Below are positions 18,122 through 30,700 of a stretch of DNA of 64,000 nucleotides, in pieces. The translations under genes and the position numbers were made by a program. Positions within the stretch are counted from its first letter, which is position 1, and the number at the start of each line of letters is the position of its first letter. The stretch is from an uncultured virus (IMG/VR IMGVR_UViG_3300037840_000439) (taxonomy: Duplodnaviria; Heunggongvirae; Uroviricota; Caudoviricetes): the IMG/VR virus record IMGVR_UViG_3300037840_000439; one strand, given 5' to 3'. The notes beneath the pieces were generated by a model. It worked only from the letters and a program-made list of their open reading frames with translations, did no database searches and was not told where the DNA came from.

Positions 18122-20227
18122 TTATCCAATATTGCTTCCGCCGCTCACGTAGTTCTGCACATACTGTTCGATTTCCCACACGATCGTAGCCTTGCCGGCA
18201 CTAACCCCGTTGATCGCATTCAGTTGCACTGCGAAATTTTGCCCTGTCCCGGCTTTTGGAATTGTGCACGTTCCTGCTACCGTCACACCCCCCGATGCGA
18301 CCATGTCCGCCACCGTGTCGAAGCGGACTGAGCATGTCACCCGTGTTTTGCAGTTGGCCCAGTACTGAGTACCACTATCACCGAACGCGAACGCACCAGA
18401 GTCGACAGTGCCACCGTTGATATAGATTGTGTTCAAGCCTGCCGAGAGTGTCAACCCCGTCTGCTCGAACGTCCAGCGCCTTTGGGTATTCATGGTTGGC
18501 GCACCGATCATGGCGAGCCCTGGTCCTTGCGCGTTTGCGGGCTCGGTCCATCCGAAGGGACCGGCGTATGGATCAGTGTCTAATGACCCGTTCAGGTAAT
18601 GCTTCCAAAAGAAAACCCCATTGGCGAATGGATATGGTGCACCGGAAGGTGTGTACTGGTGGTAGTACGTAGATGTCACGCCAGCGATGATGACCCCATA
18701 GCTGATATTGGCCGGTAGGAACGGTGCGGCCGGAATCGTAGCTTCGTACGTATTCCCATCGTTCCCAAGCCGAATAAAGTTTAGCGCAGCGCGCCCATTG
18801 CCAACACCTTCGGTGCTGCCACTAGCTGAAGTCAGCTCTGACGCTGTCGCCGCCAAGACGCTGCCAATAAAGAGACCTCCTGCGAATCCGGAGATCACCA
18901 AGGGATCAAAGTCCTCCGTACCGCAATTGAGAAACGTGTCTTGCGTACCCGCGGCAGATATGTATCCTACATTTGCGTTCTGGCTATAGCAGGCCTCATA
19001 AAGGTTTGTGCCCAACGCACCAGCTTGGATAGTGATGTTACAATCCAAACCGCTGGCCAATAGGGCTACTCCTGATTGTGAGTCTGAGCCGTCCACGACA
19101 AGCATGGCCCCTGGCTGCACCGAACTCCCGGCGGGCACGGTGGTCCCCGGCGCCACGCCGTGTCCATTACCCAGGTTAGTGAGGGTAGCTGTCGTTGGCC
19201 CGGTAGTGGCACATCCATAGAGCCCCCCGCCCCCACCAGGCGAGCCACCTACAACAACATAGAACCCATTCAGGTTGGCAGTATTCGCCATATTCACGGT
19301 GACGGTGGCGTTGAGTGCCGGCTGTACGAATGGCGCTGTGATTGTGGTCATTTGCCCATTCCATACTGGGCACCCTGACCCATAAAGACCGTCCACTTTC
19401 CACTGGTCTGAATCGATATACGTTCCGTTAGGAGCGACAGACACCCCATTCAGTGGAGTCGTTCCTGATTCGATAAGAAGCCCACATCGCCCGCATTGCG
19501 ACATGGATATATTGGTGAATATAGTCTGAACAGTATGGTTAACAATAAGATCTGTGGGCAATGGGTTCGTGCCGTTGATACTAAAGTTTTGAAAGATCGA
19601 GTTGGCTGCGCTGTAACCGGGGCCCGACTCCACCAGAATGCCAGCGGACAGGTCAGTAATTCCAGGACCCTCTACGAGGATAACGCTTCCGTGAAGACTC
19701 TCTCCGAAGAATTGGATCGTGCCAGTCACTGTGAGCGCTGCGGCTCCTGCTAGAGCTTTGACTAAATATGTACCATGAGGGATGAAGAGCATCCGAGCAT
19801 CACCGCTAACAGCACTCTGTGCAGCGTTGATGGCGTCTTGGAATGCGGCGGTGTCATCGTGCACTCCATCGCCGATAGCGCCGTATTGCTGCGGCGTAAT
19901 AACCGATAGAAATCCAGGCCCTGGTGCTCCGGCCGCCCCGGTCGCACCGGTTGTCCCAGTGGCACCCGTTGGACCATCCGAGGGCCCGGTTGGCCCTGTT
20001 GCTCCGGTCGCACCGGTATTACTGGCAGTTCCAGCAGGTCCAGTTGGACCGGTCCCTAGCGGTCCGGTAGGACCGGTTGCACCGGTATTGGTGGCGGTTC
20101 CGGGTACTCCTATCGGACCCGTCGTACCGGTCGGACCAGTCGTGCCAGTTGAGCCTGTAGATCCAGGTGCCATTCGTACATCGTAGGTGCTAGGTGACCT
20201 ATTCCTAAATCCAGCAATACCTCCCAT
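18122..20227 (-). CDS. Collagen-like fibre with pectate-lyase-like beta-helix (tailspike/depolymerase-type)
   Basis: GxT triplets, then [26 protein letters not shown]...[10 protein letters not shown]. Confidence 0.85.
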   Translation of the reverse strand: MGGIAGFRNRSPSTYDVRMAPGSTGSTGTTGPTGTTGPIGVPGTATNTGATGPTGPLGTGPTGPAGTASNTGATGATGPTGPSDGPTGATGTTGATGAAGAPGPGFLSVITPQQYGAIGDGVHDDTAAFQDAINAAQSAVSGDARMLFIPHGTYLVKALAGAAALTVTGTIQFFGESLHGSVILVEGPGITDLSAGILVESGPGYSAANSIFQNFSINGTNPLPTDLIVNHTVQTIFTNISMSQCGRCGLLIESGTTPLNGVSVAPNGTYIDSDQWKVDGLYGSGCPVWNGQMTTITAPFVQPALNATVTVNMANTANLNGFYVVVGGSPGGGGGLYGCATTGPTTATLTNLGNGHGVAPGTTVPAGSSVQPGAMLVVDGSDSQSGVALLASGLDCNITIQAGALGTNLYEACYSQNANVGYISAAGTQDTFLNCGTEDFDPLVISGFAGGLFIGSVLAATASELTSASGSTEGVGNGRAALNFIRLGNDGNTYEATIPAAPFLPANISYGVIIAGVTSTYYHQYTPSGAPYPFANGVFFWKHYLNGSLDTDPYAGPFGWTEPANAQGPGLAMIGAPTMNTQRRWTFEQTGLTLSAGLNTIYINGGTVDSGAFAFGDSGTQYWANCKTRVTCSVRFDTVADMVASGGVTVAGTCTIPKAGTGQNFAVQLNAINGVSAGKATIVWEIEQYVQNYVSGGSNIG

Positions 20228-20241
20228 AGATTGGTCCTTCT

Positions 20242-21759
20242 TTAGTTCACTACCGACATGACTTGTGAAGTGTAGTCAGCGACACCAGCTGCAACCGATG
20301 GGGGTGTAATCTGGACCAAAATGTTGGTTCCGCTAATGGCGTACGAAAGCGCGTTTGTGGACATACTTGTGTCGGTTTGCGTACTGAGAGTTACGGTGGC
20401 GCCCACCTGCGTCAATGTCCCCGCGACATTACGGAATGTGACTTGCGTAGTCACAGCCCACGTATCACCAATGGCACCTCCGGTGAATGCTGTTGTAGCT
20501 CGACCAATAACGGTGACCTCGTAAGTACCGCTGGTTGCGCTTGTTGGTAAAGCCACAGTCTGGATAGTGGTCGCCGCCGCGCCGTGTGTCAGTTCCAACA
20601 TCCCAGCCTGAAAACCTAGCTGTTGAGCCTGACTGTTGTGCGTACCAGTCCCGATGGGGGCGAGGACCGTTTGAAATCCGGATGCTTCTACCGCTGTGAG
20701 TGCATTCGCATTCGAGAAGAGCTTAACTCCACCAGCAAGACCAGTGAGGTCTACGGTTGTGGCATCCGTAAATCCGATTTGGTTGTTGCCAAATCCAGTT
20801 CCCGTACGGAGTACGTTGTCAGTACCAATCGTTAGACCACCGTAGCTAAATCCACCAATGTAGTTTGCAGCTCCACCTCCTACTGTAAAATGAAGCTGAA
20901 TCGAAGCACCGCTAGCTAGATTACTACCCACATATGTGTTACCAGCGTTATCGTTTCTAAGTGTGTATGAGTTGATGGTTGCGTTGGTTCCAGAATAGCT
21001 TGAACCAAGCCAAAGGTAGCCAAAAAGGGCTCCACCAGAGACACCGCCGATAGTGGCAATGGTAGTTCCACCACGCTGGATATTAATCTGCGCTTCGGTT
21101 GTTCCTGTACCTGGAGCTTGGTATCCGATATTTACATTTCCGGCTGTCCCTGTTGTCGCGCCTTGTGCTTGAATCGACAGGTTTGCGCCAGCCGCAGCAG
21201 AGATGGTTTGCGAGATAACCGGAACGGTAGTTGCGCCAAACAGGATACCTGTCGGCTGAAGCTTCATTGTTGCTGTCGAGCCACCGAGTATCAAGAAATC
21301 GGTGGAGGCTTGATTCAGTAACCCAATCTGGTTGCCATTGTAGATGACCCTAATTGGGCTCGCGTCGAGCGTTCCGAAGATTCCGGTCGCACCCGCAAGC
21401 GTATTGCCTGTCGTAAGCCACGCGTTGGTTTCTGTCGGTCCGGTCGCGCCTGTCGATCCAACGGCACCAGTCGCCCCAGTGGTTCCCGTAGCTCCTGTCG
21501 CACCCGTGCTTCCGGTTGCCCCCGTTGCACCGGTTGGCCCTGTAGTTCCGGTTGACCCCGTACTACCTACACCGGTGGCTCCAGTCTGTCCGGTTGGCCC
21601 AGTGGGACCTGTCGATCCGGTAGTCCCCGCTGAGCCTGTTGCGCCTGTAGATCCAGGTATGCCCCCCGGGCCTGTAGCTCCCGTCGTTCCAGTAGCACCC
21701 GCAGGGCCCGTTGCACCGCCCAGGATCAGGAAATCCTCGTCGTCAAACTTCCGGGTCAT
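20242..21759 (-). CDS. Collagen-like fibre protein
   Basis: About 30 GxT triplets, then AWLTTGN...FGTLD and a beta-rich C-terminus. Confidence 0.85.
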   Translation of the reverse strand: MTRKFDDEDFLILGGATGPAGATGTTGATGPGGIPGSTGATGSAGTTGSTGPTGPTGQTGATGVGSTGSTGTTGPTGATGATGSTGATGATGTTGATGAVGSTGATGPTETNAWLTTGNTLAGATGIFGTLDASPIRVIYNGNQIGLLNQASTDFLILGGSTATMKLQPTGILFGATTVPVISQTISAAAGANLSIQAQGATTGTAGNVNIGYQAPGTGTTEAQINIQRGGTTIATIGGVSGGALFGYLWLGSSYSGTNATINSYTLRNDNAGNTYVGSNLASGASIQLHFTVGGGAANYIGGFSYGGLTIGTDNVLRTGTGFGNNQIGFTDATTVDLTGLAGGVKLFSNANALTAVEASGFQTVLAPIGTGTHNSQAQQLGFQAGMLELTHGAAATTIQTVALPTSATSGTYEVTVIGRATTAFTGGAIGDTWAVTTQVTFRNVAGTLTQVGATVTLSTQTDTSMSTNALSYAISGTNILVQITPPSVAAGVADYTSQVMSVVN

Positions 21760-21802
21760 GGGTCCGAGCGTACTACATGATCCCTACTCTAACCACCGCG
21801 TT

Positions 21803-23776
21803 CTATGTCCAAGTTTCACCACGTTGGCGAAGCTCCTCGGCGCGTACCCGCAGGGCTTCCGCCTCCCTTGCCTCTTCCGTTCTTCCGAGTGCTTCGAGTG
21901 CCAGCTTGAGCACAGAGTACGGACCGTCATACATTCCGAGATGGTAGCGAAACCCGCGGCGTTCAACCCTCTTGCCGAAACACCCGTGTGTGATCGCCAC
22001 CCGTGACCACATTTCAGCCTTGGTCCAGTCTTTAGCTTCCAGACTGCACCATCCGGCAAGCCACGCCAGTTCAGGCATCCCTGGCTGCCGCCAGAGGCCG
22101 GCTGCGCAACTCCGGATGGCGGCTCGTAAGTCCCTTAGCTCTACATGGCAGGTGGCAGCCTGGTACGCGGCCCAGGCACCCTCCTCATCCCACCCGTTCA
22201 GATCTAAGCATTGTGTGTACGCTTCCGCAGCCTGCTTGTACCTCTTCAGATTACGGAGCGTCTCACCGAGGTAGAACCACCATCGTGCATCCTTCGGGTA
22301 TGCATTTGTTTCTTCCTTCAAGATCTGGAGGTCTCGCTGAAATTTGCGATCGAAATCTTCGGTCGACTTACCAAGTTCGGCGAATCGCATCCACGGAACG
22401 TAGGCATGGTTTCCTCCGTTTGCGTAGAACTCGTGCGTGCGGCCCTTGTAACGACCCTTTGCGGGCAATCGGAACAGTCGCCACTTGGAGTATCCCTTGG
22501 CTTCGTCCGGCGTCAGAATGTGGTCGACCGCAGGGAGGACGGTAGGCGGGCCCTCTAGGAGTCGCTCGTCTGTATCGAGTGTGACGGCCCACGCGTTCGC
22601 CCAACCACGCTCCTCGGCCAGCTTTTCGGCGGCCTCAATGGCAAAGTTACGCGCGGCTGCGAAGTCTCGACGCCATGGAAACTGGCGTGTCACGAGTTTC
22701 GGACCACACACTTGGTCGGCTACGGCAAGGGTACTGTCTTTAACCCCCGTGTCGACAACGAGGCAGAGATCAGCCCAATCGACAACGCTGCGAAGTGCGT
22801 CGCCGATGATTCCCTCCTGACTATTTGTAATCGTGGTTGTGATGAAGTGCGGTGGCTCGGAGAGCTTGTTGGTTTTAGTCTCTAAAGTTTGATGAATCCA
22901 GTCGAGCAGTTCCTTTTCGTCTACGCATACCGCAAACGCTTCCGCGTCGTGAACACCATACGTCAGCCATATCTTGCCTTCATGACGGGCAATACCAGCG
23001 CAGAATTCAATACCGATGTGCTGGAAAGAAAAGAGCGGCGAGACAGCCTCGATCTCATCATTTTCGTTGTAGAGCACGAACCGATGGCGATACACGCGTT
23101 TGCCGTCATCGTGAGTAACCTCATGGATGATCGCTAGGTCGCTGTCGATGGCGCCACCGCGTGCATCACGAAGTTCTGGCGCGAACGGAGACGAGAAGTA
23201 CGGGCGTAGCTTGGTCCCACCCGTTTTGGGGTTGTAGTCGACCCAGGTAACGACGTCGTAGAGAAACGTTAGCTGGTCCCCGTCGCCTCCAGAAAGAGGA
23301 TCGCGTAAAACACGTGGCATCCAGTTTTTCTCCGGGCGCCCCGGGTGAACCGGCGGCTGCGCATCAGAGCGCGTTACGGTGCCGTCATCGGCGATAGCGC
23401 AAACCACGATCTGGCAGAGCATGTCCTCGCGCCGGTCGCGAACCGTTGCGCTCGCGAACCGGGCACCATTCACGGACGCAAGCCGAAAGTCCTCGTACCC
23501 GAGTACCAGCGTCTGTAGGTACGGCTTCGGGTCAATGATCTCACGAACGTTCGAGAGCACGCCTGCGTCGAAGTTGGAGAGAAAGTTCGTCGTCTTGATC
23601 GTCTCGCCGTCCTCCGGCGGAATCACGTACCTACCGTCGGGGTTGATCGAGTAGTTGACGGTTCGTACGATGATTTCGAGCTTGCCGTTGTGGACCATGA
23701 TCGATGGGTTCATGCACTTTCGCCCTTCGATGTGCAGCGGGAACGTCTCGACCTTGATGGCTTCGCGAAGAAACAT
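21803..23776 (-). CDS. Fusion: beta-propeller glycosidase-like domain + GT2-like + TPR
   Basis: MNPSI, GYEDFRL, EKNWMP, IEFCAG (GH130/GH43-like); VVDTGVKD, DFAAARN, TLDTDE, THE; RWWFYLGET TPRs. Confidence 0.8.
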   Translation of the reverse strand: MFLREAIKVETFPLHIEGRKCMNPSIMVHNGKLEIIVRTVNYSINPDGRYVIPPEDGETIKTTNFLSNFDAGVLSNVREIIDPKPYLQTLVLGYEDFRLASVNGARFASATVRDRREDMLCQIVVCAIADDGTVTRSDAQPPVHPGRPEKNWMPRVLRDPLSGGDGDQLTFLYDVVTWVDYNPKTGGTKLRPYFSSPFAPELRDARGGAIDSDLAIIHEVTHDDGKRVYRHRFVLYNENDEIEAVSPLFSFQHIGIEFCAGIARHEGKIWLTYGVHDAEAFAVCVDEKELLDWIHQTLETKTNKLSEPPHFITTTITNSQEGIIGDALRSVVDWADLCLVVDTGVKDSTLAVADQVCGPKLVTRQFPWRRDFAAARNFAIEAAEKLAEERGWANAWAVTLDTDERLLEGPPTVLPAVDHILTPDEAKGYSKWRLFRLPAKGRYKGRTHEFYANGGNHAYVPWMRFAELGKSTEDFDRKFQRDLQILKEETNAYPKDARWWFYLGETLRNLKRYKQAAEAYTQCLDLNGWDEEGAWAAYQAATCHVELRDLRAAIRSCAAGLWRQPGMPELAWLAGWCSLEAKDWTKAEMWSRVAITHGCFGKRVERRGFRYHLGMYDGPYSVLKLALEALGRTEEAREAEALRVRAEELRQRGETWT

Positions 23777-23782
23777 GGTTGC

Positions 23783-26443
23783 CTAGTAGTTTGTATTCAT
23801 GATCGGAAACGCTTGTCGCCCGTTTACTGGCGCACATATAACGCACGCATTCGCTTCGCGACCGGCGAAGAATAATCCATCGTGTCCGATGATCCGCACA
23901 ATATCGAACGGCGATGTGGTCAATCGACTCCCTCGACAGATGTCTTCGATCACATAGAGTCCGCCTGGGTTCACGCGTGGATACAAGTGGCGCAAGGTGG
24001 CTAGTTGATCGGTGTCGGCGTGACTACCATCGTCGATAACAACATCGAATTGACGGTTACCAAGTACAGCGCGCACTCGTGCTTCATCTGTCGAATCGCA
24101 AAGAAGCGTTTCTATCCGTTCGCCTGTCACCTGCGTGTCAGGTTGCACGTCCATGCCCGTGATCGTCGCGTTGGGTAGATAGTCCCGCCACGCTCTAAGT
24201 GAACCGCCGGGCGCATAGCCGTCTTGTGCGTAACCGACCATCGATGAATGGACCCCTGGGATCATTGTTCCGATACCGACCTCGAGTAGTGATCGGACGT
24301 GCTCTCGACGATCACGCAGGATCGCGTAATAGAGAGGTGCGTAACGATTGATGTGTTTGTCCGTCCCATACTTTACGAATATCTTAAAGAGATCTTCTTC
24401 TTGATCAGCTGCCACGCCACCACAGCGCTCCAGGATCGTCAAACCGTTGTTGTTCTTGAGCCGGTCGCGCATTTTCCATTCGGTGTTGCTGGCGAGGAAG
24501 TCTTCAACCGCGCCGCTCAAGCCAGGCTGCGTCCCATCTTCACCTTGCGCGCCAAACGTCTCGGTATCGTGCAGTACGATATAGCGCGACACCTTGACGG
24601 CGTGACACTTCAACTCGCGGCTCAAATGCGCATAAGTGTGCAACGAGTCGATGAACAATAGGTCTGTTGGCTCGATCTCGATCTCTATCGAATTGCCGAC
24701 CATGAAGTCGACGTCGACCCCGCTCGCCTTGCCTAGCGTGACAAGTTCCTGCATCGCTGCGCGTCGAAAGTCACCGAGATCGTAGCAACGAAGACGCTCG
24801 GGTCGTGCGTGCAGAAGAGCCCAACTTGAACGTCCGACACCGAACTCGGTTACATGCTTCACCTGCGCGGCGTAGTCACGCAGGACAGGCATGTGCTCGT
24901 TGAAGTCCGACGGCGTATCGCGCAGCTCCATATACCGTACTTCGATCTCATCGAGACGCCCATTGCGTATAACAGCGTCAGCTTTACGTTGCGCACGCTG
25001 ATCCAGATGTGTGTACCACGCGTGCTTGTCTTGCCAGAAGATATTATCGACTTCCGGTAACTGTTTCCGACTCACGCTCTCTTCATGCCACACGACGACA
25101 TCGGCAAGTGTGATTTCTCGGTATCCAATGCGATTTAAGATATTGAAGATCCAATTGTCGCCGTAGAAAATACGAATCATCTCTGGGATCGGGAAGACTT
25201 TGAGTACAGCTTCGCGTGTTATCGCAAAGAACCCACCTCGCGAGGATATAGCGTCGGATGAGGCCACTTCAGTAGAATACTGACGCGCCGCCCGAGTCTC
25301 TTGTGTGTCTGATATTCGGCGCCCAAACCAAAGCTCGTTATCGCTACACTTGGACCGAGCCAGAAGCGATTCAGCCCAACCGTCACGCACGAGAATGTCG
25401 GCGTTAGCAAGAACGAGAATCTCAGCGTCTGAACGTAGGAACCGTTCGGCGAGTTGGTTCCACGCCGGATTCACGTAAAGATTAGTCGTGTTTCGAATGA
25501 CCTCGATTGCTTCTGTTTGCGCTACGGCGACTATACCCGCCCGCGCCTCTTCGGTTGCGCCGTTGTCGATGACAACGACATTGACGAGCGGGTTGAGAAA
25601 CGAGAAGATTGCCTCCTCAACCATCGCCTTGTCTTCGCGGAAAACAGGCACGCCCAACATGATGGGTTTGTTCGCCTTGATCGTCGAGTGCACCGTCGAC
25701 CCACTGGTGCCAGTGCACGTTTCGCACTGGACGGGCCACCATGGGTTAGCACCCACTTCTATGGTTCCGGTGTCGTCACACATTTCGCAGACGATTATCG
25801 CTGGTGCAGGCTGGTCCTCGGTTTCGTCAGAGATCGTCGTTTTATCCGCAGCGTCCGCTTTGGTCGTCGCGCTATCCGCTTTGGTGATGGTAATGAGCAC
25901 TTCCGGCTTCGGAGTGGCGTGCACATGCGGAAGGCTACGCGGCGTTCGTAGATGCCGCGTGAGATGCTCGATATTTCCGTGAAGTAACTTGTAAGGCCCT
26001 ACGTCTTCAATGGCGTAAACACCCGCGTTCGATAGAAACGGCCAAAGGTCGGTGTATAGACCCAACTGGGGAACCGGGTCATGAATCGCGTCATCGCAAA
26101 TAAAGTCGAACGGTGAGCCGCCAAGCTTGTTGAGGCACGCCATCAACGATTTAGTGTCGTATGCGTCTACGCAGCGGGTAATGATGCGCTCCTCACCATC
26201 CACCATCCATCGCGCGTCGTTGTCCAACCCAACGATCTGCGCATTGGGGAAGTAATCACGCCACGCAAAAAGGCTGGCACCTGTTCGGTTGTTGGGGATA
26301 TCGCGGTTACCACAGATCCCAATTTCCAGTACACGCATCACAGAATATCTGCGAGATTCTAGTAGATCTTCGTAGACGTGTGTGTACCCCCAGATCCCCT
26401 TGTCCGTTCCGTACTTGGTGAATAGCGATTCGAGTAAGCTCAT
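23783..26443 (-). CDS. Multidomain methyltransferase-GT2-methyltransferase-methyltransferase
   Basis: Two KYGTDK...LE(I/V)GI...G(A/G)SLxAWRDYxPNA domains; central VIDNG/LANAD GT2; VTEFGV...LLFIDSLH...VLHDT. Confidence 0.85.
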   Translation of the reverse strand: MSLLESLFTKYGTDKGIWGYTHVYEDLLESRRYSVMRVLEIGICGNRDIPNNRTGASLFAWRDYFPNAQIVGLDNDARWMVDGEERIITRCVDAYDTKSLMACLNKLGGSPFDFICDDAIHDPVPQLGLYTDLWPFLSNAGVYAIEDVGPYKLLHGNIEHLTRHLRTPRSLPHVHATPKPEVLITITKADSATTKADAADKTTISDETEDQPAPAIIVCEMCDDTGTIEVGANPWWPVQCETCTGTSGSTVHSTIKANKPIMLGVPVFREDKAMVEEAIFSFLNPLVNVVVIDNGATEEARAGIVAVAQTEAIEVIRNTTNLYVNPAWNQLAERFLRSDAEILVLANADILVRDGWAESLLARSKCSDNELWFGRRISDTQETRAARQYSTEVASSDAISSRGGFFAITREAVLKVFPIPEMIRIFYGDNWIFNILNRIGYREITLADVVVWHEESVSRKQLPEVDNIFWQDKHAWYTHLDQRAQRKADAVIRNGRLDEIEVRYMELRDTPSDFNEHMPVLRDYAAQVKHVTEFGVGRSSWALLHARPERLRCYDLGDFRRAAMQELVTLGKASGVDVDFMVGNSIEIEIEPTDLLFIDSLHTYAHLSRELKCHAVKVSRYIVLHDTETFGAQGEDGTQPGLSGAVEDFLASNTEWKMRDRLKNNNGLTILERCGGVAADQEEDLFKIFVKYGTDKHINRYAPLYYAILRDRREHVRSLLEVGIGTMIPGVHSSMVGYAQDGYAPGGSLRAWRDYLPNATITGMDVQPDTQVTGERIETLLCDSTDEARVRAVLGNRQFDVVIDDGSHADTDQLATLRHLYPRVNPGGLYVIEDICRGSRLTTSPFDIVRIIGHDGLFFAGREANACVICAPVNGRQAFPIMNTNY

Positions 26444-26506
26444 CCACCGCCTCCGTTGGTACCTACTTGGTTCTTCGATTGTTGTAAAACTCTCTTCGGC
26501 GCTGCT

Positions 26507-27262
26507 CTATTCGGAGCTACTCAAACAATCGAACAACGTATCGTTGTGGTCGCCCTTGTACCACACGAATGGAAAACCGTCTTGCTCCATCCGTGCCCAC
26601 GTCACTACCTCCCACGCTACGTACGGCAACCGCCGAACGAAAGTGAGGAGCGAGGCGGCCGCGAACCGTTCCAGGGACAGGGAGTCACCACAGAAAAATG
26701 TCCCGCAGAACCGCCATTGCATGCCGTCGCGACCTGTACCCATTACTCTTTTGGGAACGCAACCCGGGATGTGGAGGCCGGCAGAAAGCTTGTCTACGTT
26801 GCCCAGTTTATAGAAGAGGGTTGGCGAGGAGAATAGTCTGGCTGCACCGGCGTCAATCCACGCCGCGTGCGTGGCATTGGGGTTACACTTCAACGCTTCA
26901 AGAACCCACCATGGCTTACTGTTCTGGATGAGAAAGTAGTCCAGCGTATCTTTCTCTGGATTACCGTTCTCACCCAGAATGAGCGAAGGATTCTGGCTCG
27001 TGAGCGTAGTGATACTGGAAGGAAGCTCCTCGACGCTGGTAGGAATAACCTGGATCCCGCACATACCTGCATCCAAAATCGAATGGAGCGCCCGATCTAA
27101 AAACAACGTCAGTCCGCAATTCGCAGGCAGATTGGACCACAGCGCGCGCAACCCATTCTGGTACATTTCTCGTGAATGGGAGAGTCCACCGCCACCTTGC
27201 AGCACAAGCGCCGTGACCACTTGAATCATCTGATGCTCTTGATGGCGACCCACCGAATCCAT
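26507..27262 (-). CDS. HtrL/WlaTC-like glycosyltransferase
   Basis: YFLIQNSK, THAAWIDAG, WRFCGTFFCG; the start may be MIQVV. Confidence 0.7.
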   Translation of the reverse strand: MDSVGRHQEHQMIQVVTALVLQGGGGLSHSREMYQNGLRALWSNLPANCGLTLFLDRALHSILDAGMCGIQVIPTSVEELPSSITTLTSQNPSLILGENGNPEKDTLDYFLIQNSKPWWVLEALKCNPNATHAAWIDAGAARLFSSPTLFYKLGNVDKLSAGLHIPGCVPKRVMGTGRDGMQWRFCGTFFCGDSLSLERFAAASLLTFVRRLPYVAWEVVTWARMEQDGFPFVWYKGDHNDTLFDCLSSSE

Positions 27263-27356
27263 CCTGAGATTGTTCGTCCAGCGCGCTTGGCAGCCAGCTG
27301 AATACGCGCAAGCTCCTCAGGTAAAAGTCGAAGGTGTACAGATGCTGTACGCTTCT

Positions 27357-27677
27357 TCACTTGACGGTCGCATTCAAAATCGCATCGTCAAATTCCTTGA
27401 CCTGCATGTAAATGAGAGCTGGTTCATGCGGTACCGTACGGACAATCTCCGCAAAGAACACTTGATCTGCGTCCTCGAAGCTCATCTCTTGACCCTCGGG
27501 CTTGTCTACCTCCTTCTTGCACTTAAGGAAGATGTCGATATTAGTGAGCGGGTTCGCCCACTTGAGATCGTTGAACCAGTGCGAGTATGCGTACTCGCGA
27601 AACGAGAGCGTTTGTCCAAGCGCGCCCGAGATCGGATCCTTTAGGGTGATCTTCTTGGGAACAACCGAGGTCTTCAT
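27357..27677 (-). CDS. Hypothetical protein (possible fibre chaperone)
   Basis: 106-aa ORF directly downstream of the largest fibre gene. Confidence 0.6.
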   Translation of the reverse strand: MKTSVVPKKITLKDPISGALGQTLSFREYAYSHWFNDLKWANPLTNIDIFLKCKKEVDKPEGQEMSFEDADQVFFAEIVRTVPHEPALIYMQVKEFDDAILNATVK

Positions 27678-27787
27678 GGTCTACGGCGTAACCCATACGT
27701 GACCGTAAGTCAACGTCGGAGGCCACAGGCACTCTGGAACGGTTGCGGCCGGTAGGCGGCTAGCTCAGTTCTAGGGAGGGCTCAGCC

Positions 27788-30700
27788 CTAGGGGTACACA
27801 ACCTCGCCAAATTCAACACGACACGAGACCGCTGTCTCTGCCGTTGTCCCGCCACCTGTCGCAAAAGTCATCGCAATACCAGCGCCGGAAGCCGCGAATG
27901 TAATCGCAAAGGTTGACGTAGCCGCCGCACCCACTGAATTCAAGACCGAACTCTGTCCATCAATCACAGCCGTGCCACCGTCGCATCGCACAGCAAGCAC
28001 ATATTCGAGGCGCCGCGTAACACGATTACCGCCGATGACCGCACCACAGATTGCGGTAACGCGTAGCTCGTAACCTTCGCCATTCACCAGGTTGAACTGT
28101 GTTGATCCCGCTGCGTCATACCCTAAAACTACAGTCTCGTTCGGAACTGACCCTGGGGTTTTGCCACGAAGTACGAGTGAACTCGTCTGAGCTTGACCAG
28201 CTGTGGTTCCATTGAAACTGCCACTAGCCGTAGTCTGTTGCGTATTACGGCTTGCAGATGACAACAAACCACCGGCATGACTATTGGTACCACCAGCTAT
28301 GCAGGAAGAGCCTTCTGCATGTGATGCGGTATTTGATGCTGTGGTATTAGAGCCCTCTGCGTGTGCCGCTTCGCCACTAGCAATAGTTGAAAGACCTTCT
28401 GCATGGGCTGCCGGCTGGGACGCGTTGGTAGAGATTCCTTCACTGTGAGTAGCTTCCGAGGAAGAAATAGTTGATAGTCCCTCAGCGTGACTAAATTCAC
28501 TACTTGAAAGATTACCGGCGCCCTCCGCGTAAGATGCAAATCCGCTTGCGGCATTTCCACTCCCGCCGCTGACACACGCGAATTCTGCCGTTGCGCTGTT
28601 TTGGTTACCGCCCACTACGGTTGAGTAATCTCCAGTTGCGCTATTGGCATATCCGCCACCGATTGTTGAGTAATTTCCTGTTGCGCCAGAAGCTGGGAAT
28701 GCAACACTATCGGATCCAGCATTGAATATACCAGTCTTGGCATTATTGATTGGGCTATTGCCTATGCCGCCTACTACAGCACGGTTAGCCTGTATGTTTA
28801 CATCGGCAACAGTTGTGTTGAAGACAAATGGCTCCGTGCCGGCTGGACCTGTTGGTCCCACCGCACCCGCAGCGCCAATAGCGGTAATACAAAATTGACC
28901 GGAGAAAATAGTAATTGGGGTTCCAGCAGCGTTCTCAATCGAGAGACTTAGAACATCCGGGGTTGGTTCACCGTTTAGTGTGTATAGAAACTCAAAACAC
29001 GGTGAATTATTTTCCCCTGCGGAAGTAACCCAGATTGCAGCTGCACCGTTACCTACCCTGACCCCATTCGCATAAAGCGCCAACACCCAAGAGTCTGCAC
29101 GCTCGGTGAATACCTCGAATGTAACACCAACCAAGAACTCGGTACCCCTACCGGGTGCCCCAAGAAAAACGTTTGGAGTCAATGTGCCGTTAACTATGTT
29201 TTCAGTAATGCCGGTTGTGTCACCTGCGTATGTCCAGTTCTCTAGTTGAGTAGGTGTCCCAGCAGATGGTGTAATTGTTAACGGGCCTTGGTAGTAAATA
29301 GCTCCGTAAAATGGAGATGTTCCAGCATTGCCGGTTGCTCCCACGGTACCGGTAGGTCCAGTTGCGCCGGTCGCTCCGGTATTGCTGGCGGTCCCTGCCG
29401 CTCCGGTTGCACCGGTCGAGCCTGTCGCCCCCGTTGCTCCCGTGTTGCTAGCAGCCCCTGCGGCTCCGGTTGACCCTGTTGCACCAGTCGGACCTGTTGC
29501 GCCTGTCGCTCCCGTATTGCTGGCAGTTCCTGCCGGACCTGTCGAACCCGTCGGTCCCGTCGGCCCCGTTGAACCAGTTGATCCAACCGCACCCGCCGCG
29601 CCTAGCGAAAACAGGGTGAAATTAATTCCGTACGTGGAGATTCGATCTCCCCCATTAGGTCCAGTGTCTGTCATTTGCCATAGCAGCGTGTCATTCGCCG
29701 CCAAGCTAATGATGCCATTCAAAGACGGTGTGTAAACGAACAAAGGGCTTGCGGCTCCATTGTTCTCCATCGAAATAGCAACCTGAAGAATAGGCGTACC
29801 ATTCTTGACCAATTCGAGTGTGTAGTTTTCTGTCCCAAGCGTTGTCGCATACGAAATCGAGAATGCAAAAGAGTACTCTCCGGCGTTGAGCACTTGAATA
29901 GTACCGCTAGCTAGTGCGAGCACAGTTCCGTTAGAATCACCAGCTACTTGGTAGTTTGTAATAGGAAAAGGAACGTTGGCCGTCCCTTGCCCGAACGGCA
30001 CGCTACCGAGTACATTACCGATGATCGATCCGTAGTACGCAACTGTTCCGGCAGGACCGGTAGTTCCGGTAGCCCCGGTTGGCCCAGTGGCCCCTGTAGC
30101 CCCCGTATTGCTAGCGGTTCCGGCCGCTCCCGTTGCTCCCGTTGCGCCCGTTGGCCCAGTGGCCCCTGTAGCCCCCGTATTGCTAGCGGTTCCGGCCGCT
30201 CCCGTTGCTCCCGTTGCGCCCGTTGGCCCAGTGGCCCCTGTAGCCCCCGTATTGCTAGCGGTTCCGGCCGCTCCCGTTGCTCCCGTTGCTCCGGTCGGGC
30301 CGGTTGCACCGGTCGCGCCAGTTGATCCTGTTGCACCGGTTGAGCCTGTCGCACCCGTTGAGCCTGTCGCCCCGGTCGCGCCCGTGTTGCTGGCAGTCCC
30401 CGCTGCTCCTGTCGACCCCGTTGCGCCGGTCACTCCGGTCGCTCCGGTATTGCTAGCAGATCCGGGTGCGCCGGTTGGACCGGTCGATCCCGTCGGACCG
30501 TTCACACCGGTTGGTCCGAAGGGTCCAGGCAGATTGCTGGCTGCTCCAGTCGCGCCAGTTGATCCTGTTGGACCGATCGCCCCTGTCGCACCCGTTGCCC
30601 CTGTATTGCTAGCAACCCCTGGCGTGCCCGTGGGTCCCGTTGAGCCCGTTGCGCCAGTTGGACCTGTCGCCCCGGTCGCGCCTGTGTTGCTCGCGGTTCC

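Noticed and set aside
30078..30289. Possible CRISPR array
   Set aside because: Contiguous in-frame 72-bp units without spacers, and no cas genes seen.
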